Below, piece after piece: positions 26,560 to 37,359 of a stretch of DNA of 64,000 nt (position 1 is the first letter of the stretch; each line of letters starts with the position of its first letter). The DNA comes from Thalia democratica. Its lineage: Eukaryota. The notes under the pieces are model-generated. The model saw nothing but the letters and a program-made list of their open reading frames with translations. It was not told the DNA's origin and made no database searches. The stretch covers positions 32,178,001 to 32,242,000 of the forward strand of contig OZ241834.1 in the NCBI GenBank assembly GCA_965202585.1, read 5' to 3'. A program made the translations under genes and the position numbers.

Positions 26560-26900
26560 TTTGTCCCTTCGAAAAACTTGCGGAAGTATTAGAAACGGAA
26601 AGCATGACGTAACTCGCGCTGCGGGCCAATCACGAGGCCTCAAACCCGATGTGCTGCTAATCCGCGGCCGCACTCGTTTTCGGCGGTGGAAATCTCGACC
26701 GCGGAGAAGTGTCCGCGGGAACTTGTGAGAAGCGAAAGTGCCACGGGCTGTATTGAGCAGATTTTATGGCGTCCATAAAACGATGAAAAGTATATTTTAA
26801 ATTTTGCTTTGAACCGCTGCTCAATTCAGTATGTTGTTTGCATGACGTAGGTCTTACGCAACGTTTTACTCGTGTTCAGACGTTGATTGCCAAGCTTTGT
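26560..26900. promoter_or_regulatory. CpG-rich promoter-like island
   Basis: ETS-like CGGAAGT at 26581, ATF/CRE-like TGACGTAA at 26605, CCAAT at 26626, and the palindrome TTTTATGG-cgt-CCATAAAA at 26762-26780. The target gene is unclear. Confidence 0.5.
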
Positions 26901-27438
26901 TTTTTGTTTGACTCACTCTTTGACATAAATTTATACTTGCAATTATGGTGAAGTTAATGTTTTTCAAAGTTTAACAATTTATAAACTTTTCAGTTTTTTT
27001 TGTTAATCCAATAATTTATGAAGATTTTAAAATGTACAATCTAAACGCGTTATCAGTTATGCCTTGTTTTTTAATAATACCAGCAAAAAACTACCTTTCC
27101 CAAACAAATTTTAAAGTTTATAAAGTGTTTGAATATAGTAAATTTGAATTTCAAATTCATATTAAAAAAGTTACTAACAAAGAATTAAATAAATTATTTT
27201 ACAACTTATTATGTAAAAAATCTAAACATAAATTTTTATAGAATTTCACAATCCATTTTATTTTTCTCTAATTTTTATTTTCTATTTTTTCTAACATCTT
27301 AACACACAAAAATTCAACTGGAGATTATCTGACGTGTGCTTTCCAGAGAAGCGCTCGAGGCGAGAAAGCGTTCAACCTGGCTCGCATACACACTACCCAC
27401 CAAACTCACCGCAACCAAAACACCAACTTAAAACGCGA

Positions 27439-27666
27439 CTAGTATGAAAACACGAACAAATAGCCGACGAGCATGGCCAAAGTGACGATGGTCACAACAA
27501 ACACGACCACCAGTCCGTATATGAAGTGCGGGTCGTGCACGGATTCCTTCGAAAAGTCGTCCTCCAACTTCGTGTCTTCCGTACACGCACATGGTTTGAC
27601 GTTTTTCGAGCTTTCAGGCGCACCCGGCTGGCTTTTCAAAATTGTCACTATGCATTCGTCTGACAT
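27439..27666 (-). CDS. Putative 75-aa single-pass (tail-anchored) membrane microprotein, unknown family
   Basis: Intact ATG-to-TAG ORF with GC3-rich codons like the verified exons. C-terminal hydrophobic stretch FIYGLVVVFVVTIVTLAMLVGYLFVFSY. Acceptor-like ttttgtcag ends at 27727, followed by an in-frame TAA upstream of the ATG. AATAAA (minus strand) at 27274-27279. Confidence 0.6.
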   Translation of the reverse strand: MSDECIVTILKSQPGAPESSKNVKPCACTEDTKLEDDFSKESVHDPHFIYGLVVVFVVTIVTLAMLVGYLFVFSY

Positions 27667-30149
27667 TATCCAGAGGATTTGTAAATTTTGTTCGTTGTAT
27701 GTGAACAGTTTTTTTGATGGCTTTTACTGACAAAACAAATAAGAGAGTTACCACTCGCCAAGTTTTGCTTGAATTAATTAGCATTTTACATTTTTTTCAC
27801 AAAAACTTTTATGACGTTTCGCCAACTTTTTTTACTTTTCAGCGCAAAAATATAGGTTGCAGTTTTTTTGGTGGAATTATTCAAAAACTTGCTTTGAAAA
27901 AGTTTATTTAGTAAAGTATGCTGTAGATATTGTAAACAGTTCAAGCTTATTTTTGACAAATCTAGATATAGTTTTCTAATTCTAAACGTTTAAACTATAT
28001 CTAATTTTACTAATTTAAAATGTTTGACAATTTGTCCAAAAACAAATTCAAAAAAAAATTATTTTGTAAAACAATAACACCAATTTTTACAATTAAATAT
28101 CAAACCTTTAATGAAAATGTTGGTGTTTAAAGTTCTCGAAAAACTTTTGTTTTCTAAAAGCATTTTATACGTGTCAGAATATTACTATCTAAAACTTAAT
28201 CTCCTTTGAGTATAAAAACTAAGGCCTTGTTAAATGAAAAAATTGCATAACACCTAAAATAAGAATTGTGTGTTTTTTTAGCAACTAATTTTTTTTTTGT
28301 TATTCCAAGGAAAGGAAAAGGTGTAGACGTGCCCTGTATCGATACCTATAAGTACACCATACACATTATTTACTTGTTTGATATTATTTCATTTTTTGAA
28401 TCCCTATTGCACTACTCAATGCAGCCAAGCGGCTTATTGTTCCGACACCAAATTGATCGATATACTTGATTGAAGTCCACTCAATTAACCTATTTCCATT
28501 TCTATTATTACGTCACACCGTATTGTCAATATTTCCCGGATTTCCACCCTCAAAATTGTCAAAATCAATTTCAACACGTGTGCTGGAAGTTGTCAAAAGA
28601 TCATAAAGGTGCAAGTTAAAACGTGCAAACATAATTTTTAAGTGCTTCAGTTTGTTTTGGTACTGCTTTGGTAATTCAACGCGAAAAACAAAAGGCGTTA
28701 GTTGTTTAAATTGAAGTGCCTAAAAGCGGTTTATGTTAACATTATCTTTTCAATAGTTTTAAACTTGGTTTATGTACTAATTTAGGTTCAAATTGCTGAC
28801 GTCTTCGTTAAAAACTTTTGAAAAAAAATCCGTTGAACAGTACATCATTTTCACTAAATTTGTTAGTATGATCTAAATTTATAATTCAAAATAGCACAGA
28901 GCTTAAACAACTGTTAAAAAGACTTGAAAAAGTTTTACTAGTTTTATCATTGCTTGTAGTTGGTTAAGGTTTTTCAAATAAATTTCAATAATTCAAGTTA
29001 CCTTTCATTTATAAACTACTATTTACACAAGAGTTTTACTAACTTATTCATTCTAAACTAACAAAACATTATCTCAGCTTTAAACTAAAGAAACATTTGT
29101 TTATTTCTTATCACGTTAACGAGCAACAGCAGCACCTAACGGATAAAAAATGTGTCGAAACGGCTACAATTAAAGCGTACATACTATAAATTATACCGTG
29201 TTTCTTACATTGAACATTTGTTTGCAAGCTCGTTATGATCTCTTTAAAAGTTTTAGTTTGATCATGTATGATAAATATTAAACAAAAAACAAGCTATTCT
29301 TTAATCGCAATGTTATATTTTTTTTATTTTTAGAAAATTTAGTGTACTAATAACCTTCCAACTAAATTTCCTTACTTTGAAAAGCTTTTAATGGACCTAT
29401 AACACAGTAAAACTAAACTGTTATATGAAACACTAAAAAAATATTTTGCATTGGTTTTAGTTGATAAAACAAGTAATATGACACAGTATACAAGTTTGGA
29501 AAACGATTTAAACTATTAACAAAAAATCATGTTTGTATGTATTGCAGTCATTTGTTTTTATTACAATAAAAGTTTATAAAAAACTTTTTGTTGTTGTAAT
29601 TCGTGTTTATAACAAAAAACAAAACTTCAAACATTTTAAATGTTTTGTTTTAAGTAACTAAAACGTTTTTACATTTTTAAATAGAACATATTTTGATTAA
29701 TCTTATCTAGAAGTAATTTTCAACAACATTTTTTACTTTGTTTTCGCACTGGCTTTCAAAACAAAGCATAATTTTAAGTATGCTACTAAGCATTAAATGT
29801 ATTTTTGTCAACATTAATCATTAAAATGATTTTGTACTGTTGATCACATCACATAAGTTGTTAACTGTATTTAACTATAAGAATGAATTAACACATAAGT
29901 TAGTTTTTTTTAATATATATTGCTACTTCATTAAGTTGCTTAAAAATGAAAAGACAGAGTTTTTTAAAATCAGTGTTTGTTTCTGATAATCTATTGCAAT
30001 TTTTTATTATTCTATTATAATTTACTAATGCTGTAATTGTAACTGCTACTTATTAAGTTTAAGCAGAAGTACAGTTTAAATAGTAAAATCAAACTTAAAA
30101 AATTATTTAATATTAACAACAAAGTTTTAACAGATTTTTAGTCTAAATT

Positions 30150-31214
30150 ATGTCTAGAGAAGCTCCTGATGGCAGCAGAAAGCGTTCTCACGAACGTGAA
30201 GATCCAAAAGACCCTAAATCGAGACGAACTGATAACCGCGATGAATCCGGGATCACTAATCCAGGTCCTTCAAGTAGAGGTAGAGGTTACAATGACCCTG
30301 ATAACCACATGAATGGTCCTTCGAATAGAGGTAGAGGTAACAATCATCCTGGTAATTACATGAATGGTCCTTCAAGTAGAGGCAGAGGCTACAATCACCC
30401 AGGTAATTACAGGAACGGTCCTTCGAATAGAGGTAGAGGTTACAACCAACCTGATCACCAAATGAATGGTCCTTCGAATAGAGGTAGAGGTTACAATCAT
30501 CCTGATAATTACATGAATGGTCCTTCAAATAGACGCAAAGGTTACAATCATCCTAATAACCACATGAATGGTCCTTTAAGTGGAGGCAGAGGTTACAGTG
30601 ACAGCAGCAGAAAGCGTACTCACGAACGTGAAGATCTCAGAGACCCTAAATCGAGACGAATGGATCAACGCGATCACTCTTATCGTGATCGTCGTACTTC
30701 ATCCAGGAGCAGTTCTTCGAAAAGTGACAGACGTTTTGATAGTCCTGATAATAGCATGTATGGTCCTTTGAACAGACGTAGACGTTACAGCGATAGTTAT
30801 TGGAATGCAGGAAGAAGTTCTAGTTCATCCATGAGTACTTCATCCAGGAGTAATTCTTTGGTTAGTGACAGCGACTGTTATTCTGATAATTCAATGAATG
30901 GTGATCCGACCAGAGGAAGAAGTTACAATCCTAGTAAATACATGAATGGTGATTCGACCAGGGGAAGAGGTTACAATTGCCATGGAAACCGGCAGCCTCC
31001 CAATCGAAACGGCATGGGCGCGCCTCCTCCAGACATGTCTTCATTCGAGGAGGAGATGCGTAACATGGAGAGGAGAATGGAAGAGATGGCGCGGTACCTC
31101 GAAGGGATGGGAAGACAGATGGAGAGGCAGCACGAGCGTCCTTCTGGTCGCGAGGATCGAGACCCCAGGTCCAGAAGCTGGGATGACAGTTATGGTCCCG
31201 GCAGTGATTTTTGA
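30150..31214 (+). CDS. 354-aa intronless low-complexity protein with 17-aa GPSNRGRGYNHPDNYMN repeats and a C-terminal Met/Glu/Arg coiled-coil-like segment; orphan
   Basis: 1065-nt open frame in very AT-rich DNA. Repeat units are exactly 51 nt and keep the frame. Acceptor ttttaacag ends at 30133, 16 nt before the ATG. The 3' part is GC3-rich. Confidence 0.8.
   Translation: MSREAPDGSRKRSHEREDPKDPKSRRTDNRDESGITNPGPSSRGRGYNDPDNHMNGPSNRGRGNNHPGNYMNGPSSRGRGYNHPGNYRNGPSNRGRGYNQPDHQMNGPSNRGRGYNHPDNYMNGPSNRRKGYNHPNNHMNGPLSGGRGYSDSSRKRTHEREDLRDPKSRRMDQRDHSYRDRRTSSRSSSSKSDRRFDSPDNSMYGPLNRRRRYSDSYWNAGRSSSSSMSTSSRSNSLVSDSDCYSDNSMNGDPTRGRSYNPSKYMNGDSTRGRGYNCHGNRQPPNRNGMGAPPPDMSSFEEEMRNMERRMEEMARYLEGMGRQMERQHERPSGREDRDPRSRSWDDSYGPGSDF
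30264..30602 (+). repeat. Coding minisatellite, 51-nt unit, 6 full copies plus 1 partial
   Basis: ggtcct unit starts at 30264, 30315, 30366, 30417, 30468, 30519 and 30570. Confidence 0.95.
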
Positions 31215-31989
31215 GTAAGTTGCAGCGGTTGTATTCCTGATGATTCAACGAATGTTCCTTTATGGTTCTAAGTATAAAAGGTATAAGTTCTAATAATTTA
31301 TTTTTTTCGTAATGAACGTTTTTGTCCTTGAATAAACTATAAAAGCTATAAATTGCTCGTTCGACTCACTTGTATATTATAAAAAAGCTTAGTTTTTATG
31401 TTTTAGCATAATGCTAAGCTTAGTTTTCTACTTGACCAATGTTTTGTATCTTTAAAAAGTTTAACTAAGAAGTTAATTTTTGTAGAAGCTGTAAAAGTAA
31501 AGATTTTTTTATGAGCAATCGTTATCTTGAATTAAATTTAACTTGGGCCTTAACGTTTTGTAATAAAAAACGTTTTTCTTTTACCGATCAATTCGCTTAA
31601 CTATCAGAAATATCTCTGATTGGTTAAATATATGTAACCCAACACTTTGTTAAACGTAATCGATTAATTGATTTAAAAGTATTAACATCAAAATGTAATG
31701 CATTTATTAATTACAAAAATAGTTGCATACTTATTTGTATTCAAATTATTACAAATTAAATGAAAAGTTATTTAGTTAATTATTTATTTTTTTATGTTAT
31801 ATGTTCTTTTTTTTTAATGAAAACAAAATTTCCCATTTGATCGTTTTTAAGTGTCAAACAATTAATACATAAAAAACTCAATTAAACTTTAATCGATTAT
31901 TAAACATATTAGTATATTTTCTAAGGTGCATTATTTGTTTATTTTACGTACAAGCTTAGTTTTTTTTATAATCAAAAAACAATCAAATA

Positions 31990-32744
31990 CAGTAACCTCT
32001 CGCTTATTTACGCACATTGTGTCCACAGAAAAAGTGCGTAAAGATATGAGAGATCGTAAAGATACGAGAGGTACTAAATATACTTATTATAATGACTGTT
32101 TTTTGATATTGCTTTTAGTTAAAAGCAGACTAGGGATTTCCCACTTTTAACAATTTGTTTACTTAATTTATTAATATGTATGAAAACAAAAGATAAAACT
32201 ATACATACAGTAAAAAAAAGAATTTAAATTTGTATAAAATAATAGTACTTGTAGAAATATTTTACTAATTTTAATAATAAGGTTTTACCTTTATTTATAT
32301 GTGACTTATTTGGTACTTAACATTTATATTCTATTCTACTATATCAATTCAATTTAAATTAAGCTTTTGTTTGCAATTAATAAATGGTTTGGTGTCTATA
32401 ATAAAATTTGTTTCTATAGCCTTTTACAAAAATATGCATTTGGTGCTGTAACGGATTTCTTCCTTTGAACAAAAATGTTCAAAGTATAACAAAAATGTTA
32501 ATACTGAGGTATAACTAAATGTTTATCAATTAGTAAAGAAACATAAGTTTACAAATTTTGAAGATATAGAGAGGTGATTTAGTTTTTAAAAACATATTTT
32601 AATTTAAAAATATACAATAAACCTAATTTTTGTAATATTAAAAAAAATAAAGTTTTTACTTTTTGAATTTTTTAGAATTCTAAAATGCGTAACTAAACGA
32701 GAGTGCGTAACGTCACGAGTGCGTAAAGATGCGAGAGGTTACTG
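31990..32744. mobile_element. Tc1/mariner (pogo/Tigger-type) MITE
   Basis: TIRs CAGTAACCTCTCGC / GCGAGAGGTTACTG, TA target duplication (31988-31989 and 32745-32746), and subterminal gtgcgtaa repeats at both ends. Confidence 0.85.
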
Positions 32745-34889
32745 TACATTTACAATTAATACCTATGTTTAAAAACACTCATTTAAACTATAAAAGTAAT
32801 GTTGAAGCTGAACCTGTTAAAAAAAACAAAGTATAAATTGATTCGCAAACCGGTCAGACTTAATTATTAACTTTGAAGTAGTGATTTACCTGATCCAGAT
32901 CTTTTTCAAATTTAAATACCGCAAGACCCGTATATTTTTTCTAAACTAAGATCTGGCAGAAACCGGGCCAGGACATTTTTTCAATTTGTGGCCCGGATGG
33001 AATAATGAAAAAGAAAATTTTAGGCCATATCCAGATGATTAATCTAAAATTTAAAAAAACGTAATTGAGTAAAGATTTTAGTTTAATTTAGATGACTTGT
33101 TACTTGAATATAATCAAGAAAATATATCAATAAATAAATAATTTAAAACGTTGTACAAAATACTTTATTTAATGCATTTAATAAAGTTTTTTATATTCTT
33201 AAACAAACTTTCACTTGGTAGTTAACTTGGTAAAATACTTCATTTAACTCTCGTAGTTTTAAGTTATTAAAAATAAAGAGAAGCTAATTAAAAAAGAAAA
33301 GATTTATTTATAATGAAAACATAAAAATAAAAATAAGCATCGGAAAATGTCATCAGAACTAAATATTTGACTTTATTAAAGTTTTGATCACACTTTTTGG
33401 ATCATCAGATCACAGGCCTTTGGTAAACTGAGACTACCGAGAGCGTTTATGTATACGTCTAAGAAGAGCTTGAGCTTTAAAAAACAAGATAATTGTTTGA
33501 ACATAGGAAAAACTTTAGTAACTTTTATCCGTTTACTTGAAACAAAATGATCGGCGGAAGTCTGCAAAGCATAAGCTTGGACTTTCGTATGCCGTGAGAC
33601 AAGCTCAAGTTTATTGAAAAAGTTGATCATATCATTTCGATCATCAGACCACAATTAAAAAATATTTTTAAGAGTTATAAAAATTACTGCATTTAAAAAA
33701 ATATTTTAACCATGTCTCAGAAAATAATTAAGTTTTTGCAAAAAAAAAGTCTGTGGGTATTAATAAGATCTACAAATATAATTTGTATTTTTTTGAATAT
33801 GTTTTACTTTTTGAGTTGTGGCCCTTTATAAAAAGAAATCAATCTGAATTGTCGGAATTTGAATTTTCCGAAATTGTGTAGTCGTTTACCCGAGTTAAGT
33901 TAATCAAAATACTTATTGAAAAAAATCAATAATATCAAAATACTAAAGATATAAGATTTAAAAAATTTGAAGTATAAATTCCTAAAACAAAAATGAAAAG
34001 CGTAGTTTTTACTGATTGCTTAAGGACTAATAATTTTAAGAAGTTTCAACTAAAATTTACTTGTTAAACTTTTAAGTAAATAGATACTTATTTTACTTTT
34101 GAAAAACAACTGACTCAAAAGAAAGGTATTTGAAGAAAGCTTAATAACAAAACACCTTGAAAAATATTGTTTTAAAATTTTATTATATTTCAGGTGACTA
34201 TGAATATCGAAATTTTTAAACATTTATATAAAAAGTTATTTTAAAAATAAAACTAAAGAAGTACATCAAATTAAAAAGTAGGGACAGCCTCAGAAATTTA
34301 AAAAAAGAAGAGCGTTACAAAAGTCCCAATAGTGATAGTAGCAGAAACTAAAAGTCAATTATTGAAAAGTTTACTGTTTGTATAATTTCATTTACCGGCA
34401 GTTGATAATAATGTTATCCGTTTATATAATGTTAGTCAATAGTGATTTGAAATGTACTTATGTTTAAAACATTTATAAATTTTTAAGTAATATAAAAAGA
34501 GACAACTAATTTATAAACCTGAGCCATAGTATTTTTAAAACAAAAAAAGTTAAAAAATTTCATTAAAATTGGCTAATATGTCCTACAAGTGATCATTTTT
34601 CTGTAGGCTAACTTAAATATTTTTGCATCTTATAATTCTAATAGAAACAGTTTGATAAATTTTATAAAATGAAGAACTTCGTTTTTTTGTATCAACGTAC
34701 ATAAAGTAAAAATGTATTTAATCTAGCAATATTCAGATGAAGAACTAAAAATGAACAGAATATCTTTTGACCCGTTCCCATATTCTGAAGTTTGAATTGA
34801 AAATCAGAAAAAAAATATTTGGGAAAAATTTAGGAAAACTATTGATTGGTATCTCAGATCTGTTACGAATCGCAAATACAAAAAAGACT

Positions 34890-34951
34890 ACTGCTGCGGC
34901 CCACATTTTTTTTAATTCGGCTTGCGGCCACCAAATGTCTGCTGACCCCTG
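34890..34951. mobile_element. Probable end fragment of a hAT-type MITE
   Basis: Two gcggcc motifs followed by tgctgacccctg, typical of hAT/Charlie-like termini. The other end was not found. Confidence 0.4.
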
Positions 34952-37183
34952 TTCTGATACAACGACAGTTGAAACAAAACACTTCGTTTAAAGGTTTGTC
35001 AATAAAAAAGTCAGTTTTGAAAATCTACTTATGTACCTTAACAAATATAATTGTATTGAAAAAGCATTAAGTTAGTCCTTATTTAATTTAACGCATTAAG
35101 GGCAAGTAAGCTTTGAAGCTTTTGCTTTATCATTCTTTTCTCATAATAAGCCAACTAGAAAAAAACGCGACTAAAATTGTTTAAATTGAAAAAAATCCTT
35201 AACCAACATCTTCTGATAAAAAGTTAGTACGATGTCAGCTGACCAAAAAAAAACTTATAGAAAGACGAAATAAATTTATTTTAAGGCCTGTGTTAGAATT
35301 AGTTGATATAAATAGTTAAACTATGTGCTCAGTACTAGACCGTATGAAATAAAAAATATTGCTTTACTTGTAATGTTAGGCTATTATTCGAAAAAGTACA
35401 AAATAGTTATATATTTCTAAGAACGCTAAAATTAAAAGATATGACGTAATAGTATATAGAATTTGTTGTTAATGAAGACAGGTTTATGTTTGGACAGTTT
35501 AATGATAGGGCTTGAGAGTAACATGATAGGGCTTCAGAGAACTTGGTAATTTAATGTTGAACTGCTACCTTTTAAATGCTGTTATTCTCTCTTGATTTTC
35601 TTTAATTGCAAGTTTACATTTCTAGTTTGTTTAAAAATAAAATTTAGTAGAAAATAGTTGTTTATAGTGTATTAGTGAATTATTTAGTATATTAGTGATA
35701 CTTTAAGTTTTCTGTATCTATATATAATTATTTAGATTCTGTTAAATGTTCATATTATTATTAGTATTTGTTATTGATTCCCATTTATGATATTCAGATT
35801 CATCATATATAGAAATGCATATTTGTATATTTTCTATATTGTTTATAAATTTTGATTGGATATGAGTAGGAGACGCATAAGTTACTCAGGGGCAGTATCT
35901 GTTCCGTCGGGGCTGCCAGGCCCCCCGAGCGGACATACTTACCAAAATAGTCTTTAGAAATATAATAATATTAACAGCTGTAATGTACTTAAAAAAAAAA
36001 ACATTGTATTCGAAAATTTAAAGGGGCCAAAGTTTAAATGTATGGCATACTTTTGACTAAGTGTATATTAGAAATTAAATATCCAATATATAAAAAAGTT
36101 AAAGACGGTTTTTGAAAAATATGCTTAAATGAAGACTATCTTGTTAACATTTTAAAATAAGTTTAAACATAATGTATATATAACAGAATGTTTCAGAAAA
36201 TATAACTTAAAAGTTTTCTTTCCAGCAAAAAATAATACATAAAACATTTACTTTTAATGTATTAAGTGTTTACTTTAGCAAATCTATTTTGGATCGTTTT
36301 ATAGTAAATACAGAAATACTAAGTAAAAAAAACCTACTGAAACTAATAGCACAAAAAATAAAACATGTTAAAAAATTACAAGCTAAGTATATCTTTCTTA
36401 TTTGAATGGTCAAAGTTGTAGCTATTTTTAATCAACTATAATTAATACCGCTCAAAATTTTAGTTTCCATCAAATTCAATAAAACTTGAAATTTAAATGT
36501 TCCAGAAGATATTTATAGGATAAAATATTTTTAGTTCTAATTAAAAAAAGAAAATATAAATTTTGCTAAATACCTAGTGTACTACGTAAGATATTAGTTT
36601 TATTGTACGCATTTGATTAAAATTATTTTTTTTAATGTACTAAATAAATAAAACAGTAAATAAATGCACATAAACCGATTTAAACAGACATATAAAAGAC
36701 AAACAACTTTTAAATAATAAAACGCGATAACAAAAAAAAAATATATGAATATGAGTAAGACTATATTTGGATTAAGGAATAAAAAAGTTGGATATTCAAA
36801 AAAGGGTGCACAACATTTCAAATTATGACAATTTAAATTCTAAAACTTAAATATGTGTATTACTTCTATTAACGATATTTCTTTTTTAATTCATCCCGAC
36901 TACAATAATCTTTAACAATTGGACTTTGTTGATAATTTAAATTTTTTTTCAGTCAAACTGTATTTTCTGACATATGGTAAATTGAGATCAAATATAAGAC
37001 CGAATTCTAAAATATATCTTTTGACATTTATTTTCTTAATTTTCCAAACTAATTTTTAACAATTTGCCTTTACAGTACGTTTTTAAAATTTCAAGTTAAT
37101 TTCTGAGACGCAGTCTTTATAAAATCTAGAATTCAACTGTCGTAATTTGAAATGTCACGCAAAGTGCAAATGGGTATACAATC

Positions 37184-37350
37184 AAAATCCACCCGCGTTC
37201 AAAATCCATCCGATTTCTTTTATCTACTAATTTATTTTATACATTTTTTGCATTTTATTTATTTATTTTTCACTGTAACCCCTAGCCCTCACCCTCGATC
37301 GGTAAATCTCTAATTTGACCGTGGGTGGATTTTGATCGCGGGTGGATTTC
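37184..37350. mobile_element. Small MITE-like inverted-repeat element just 3' of the SYNRG stop
   Basis: aaatccacccgcgttcaaaatccatcc (about 37185-37211) is a near-perfect reverse complement of gggtggattttgatcgcgggtggattt (about 37323-37349). Internal ccctagccctcaccct. Confidence 0.7.
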
Positions 37351-37359
37351 GAACTCATG

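Noticed and set aside
30264-30602. CRISPR-like array interpretation of the regular repeats
   Set aside because: No unique spacers; the units are contiguous, in-frame coding repeats in a eukaryotic genome.
35885-35945. Isolated GC island ending in ATACTTACC, resembling the U1 snRNA 5' end
   Set aside because: Nothing downstream matches U1 (no stem-loops or Sm site). More likely a MITE remnant or a chance reverse donor.
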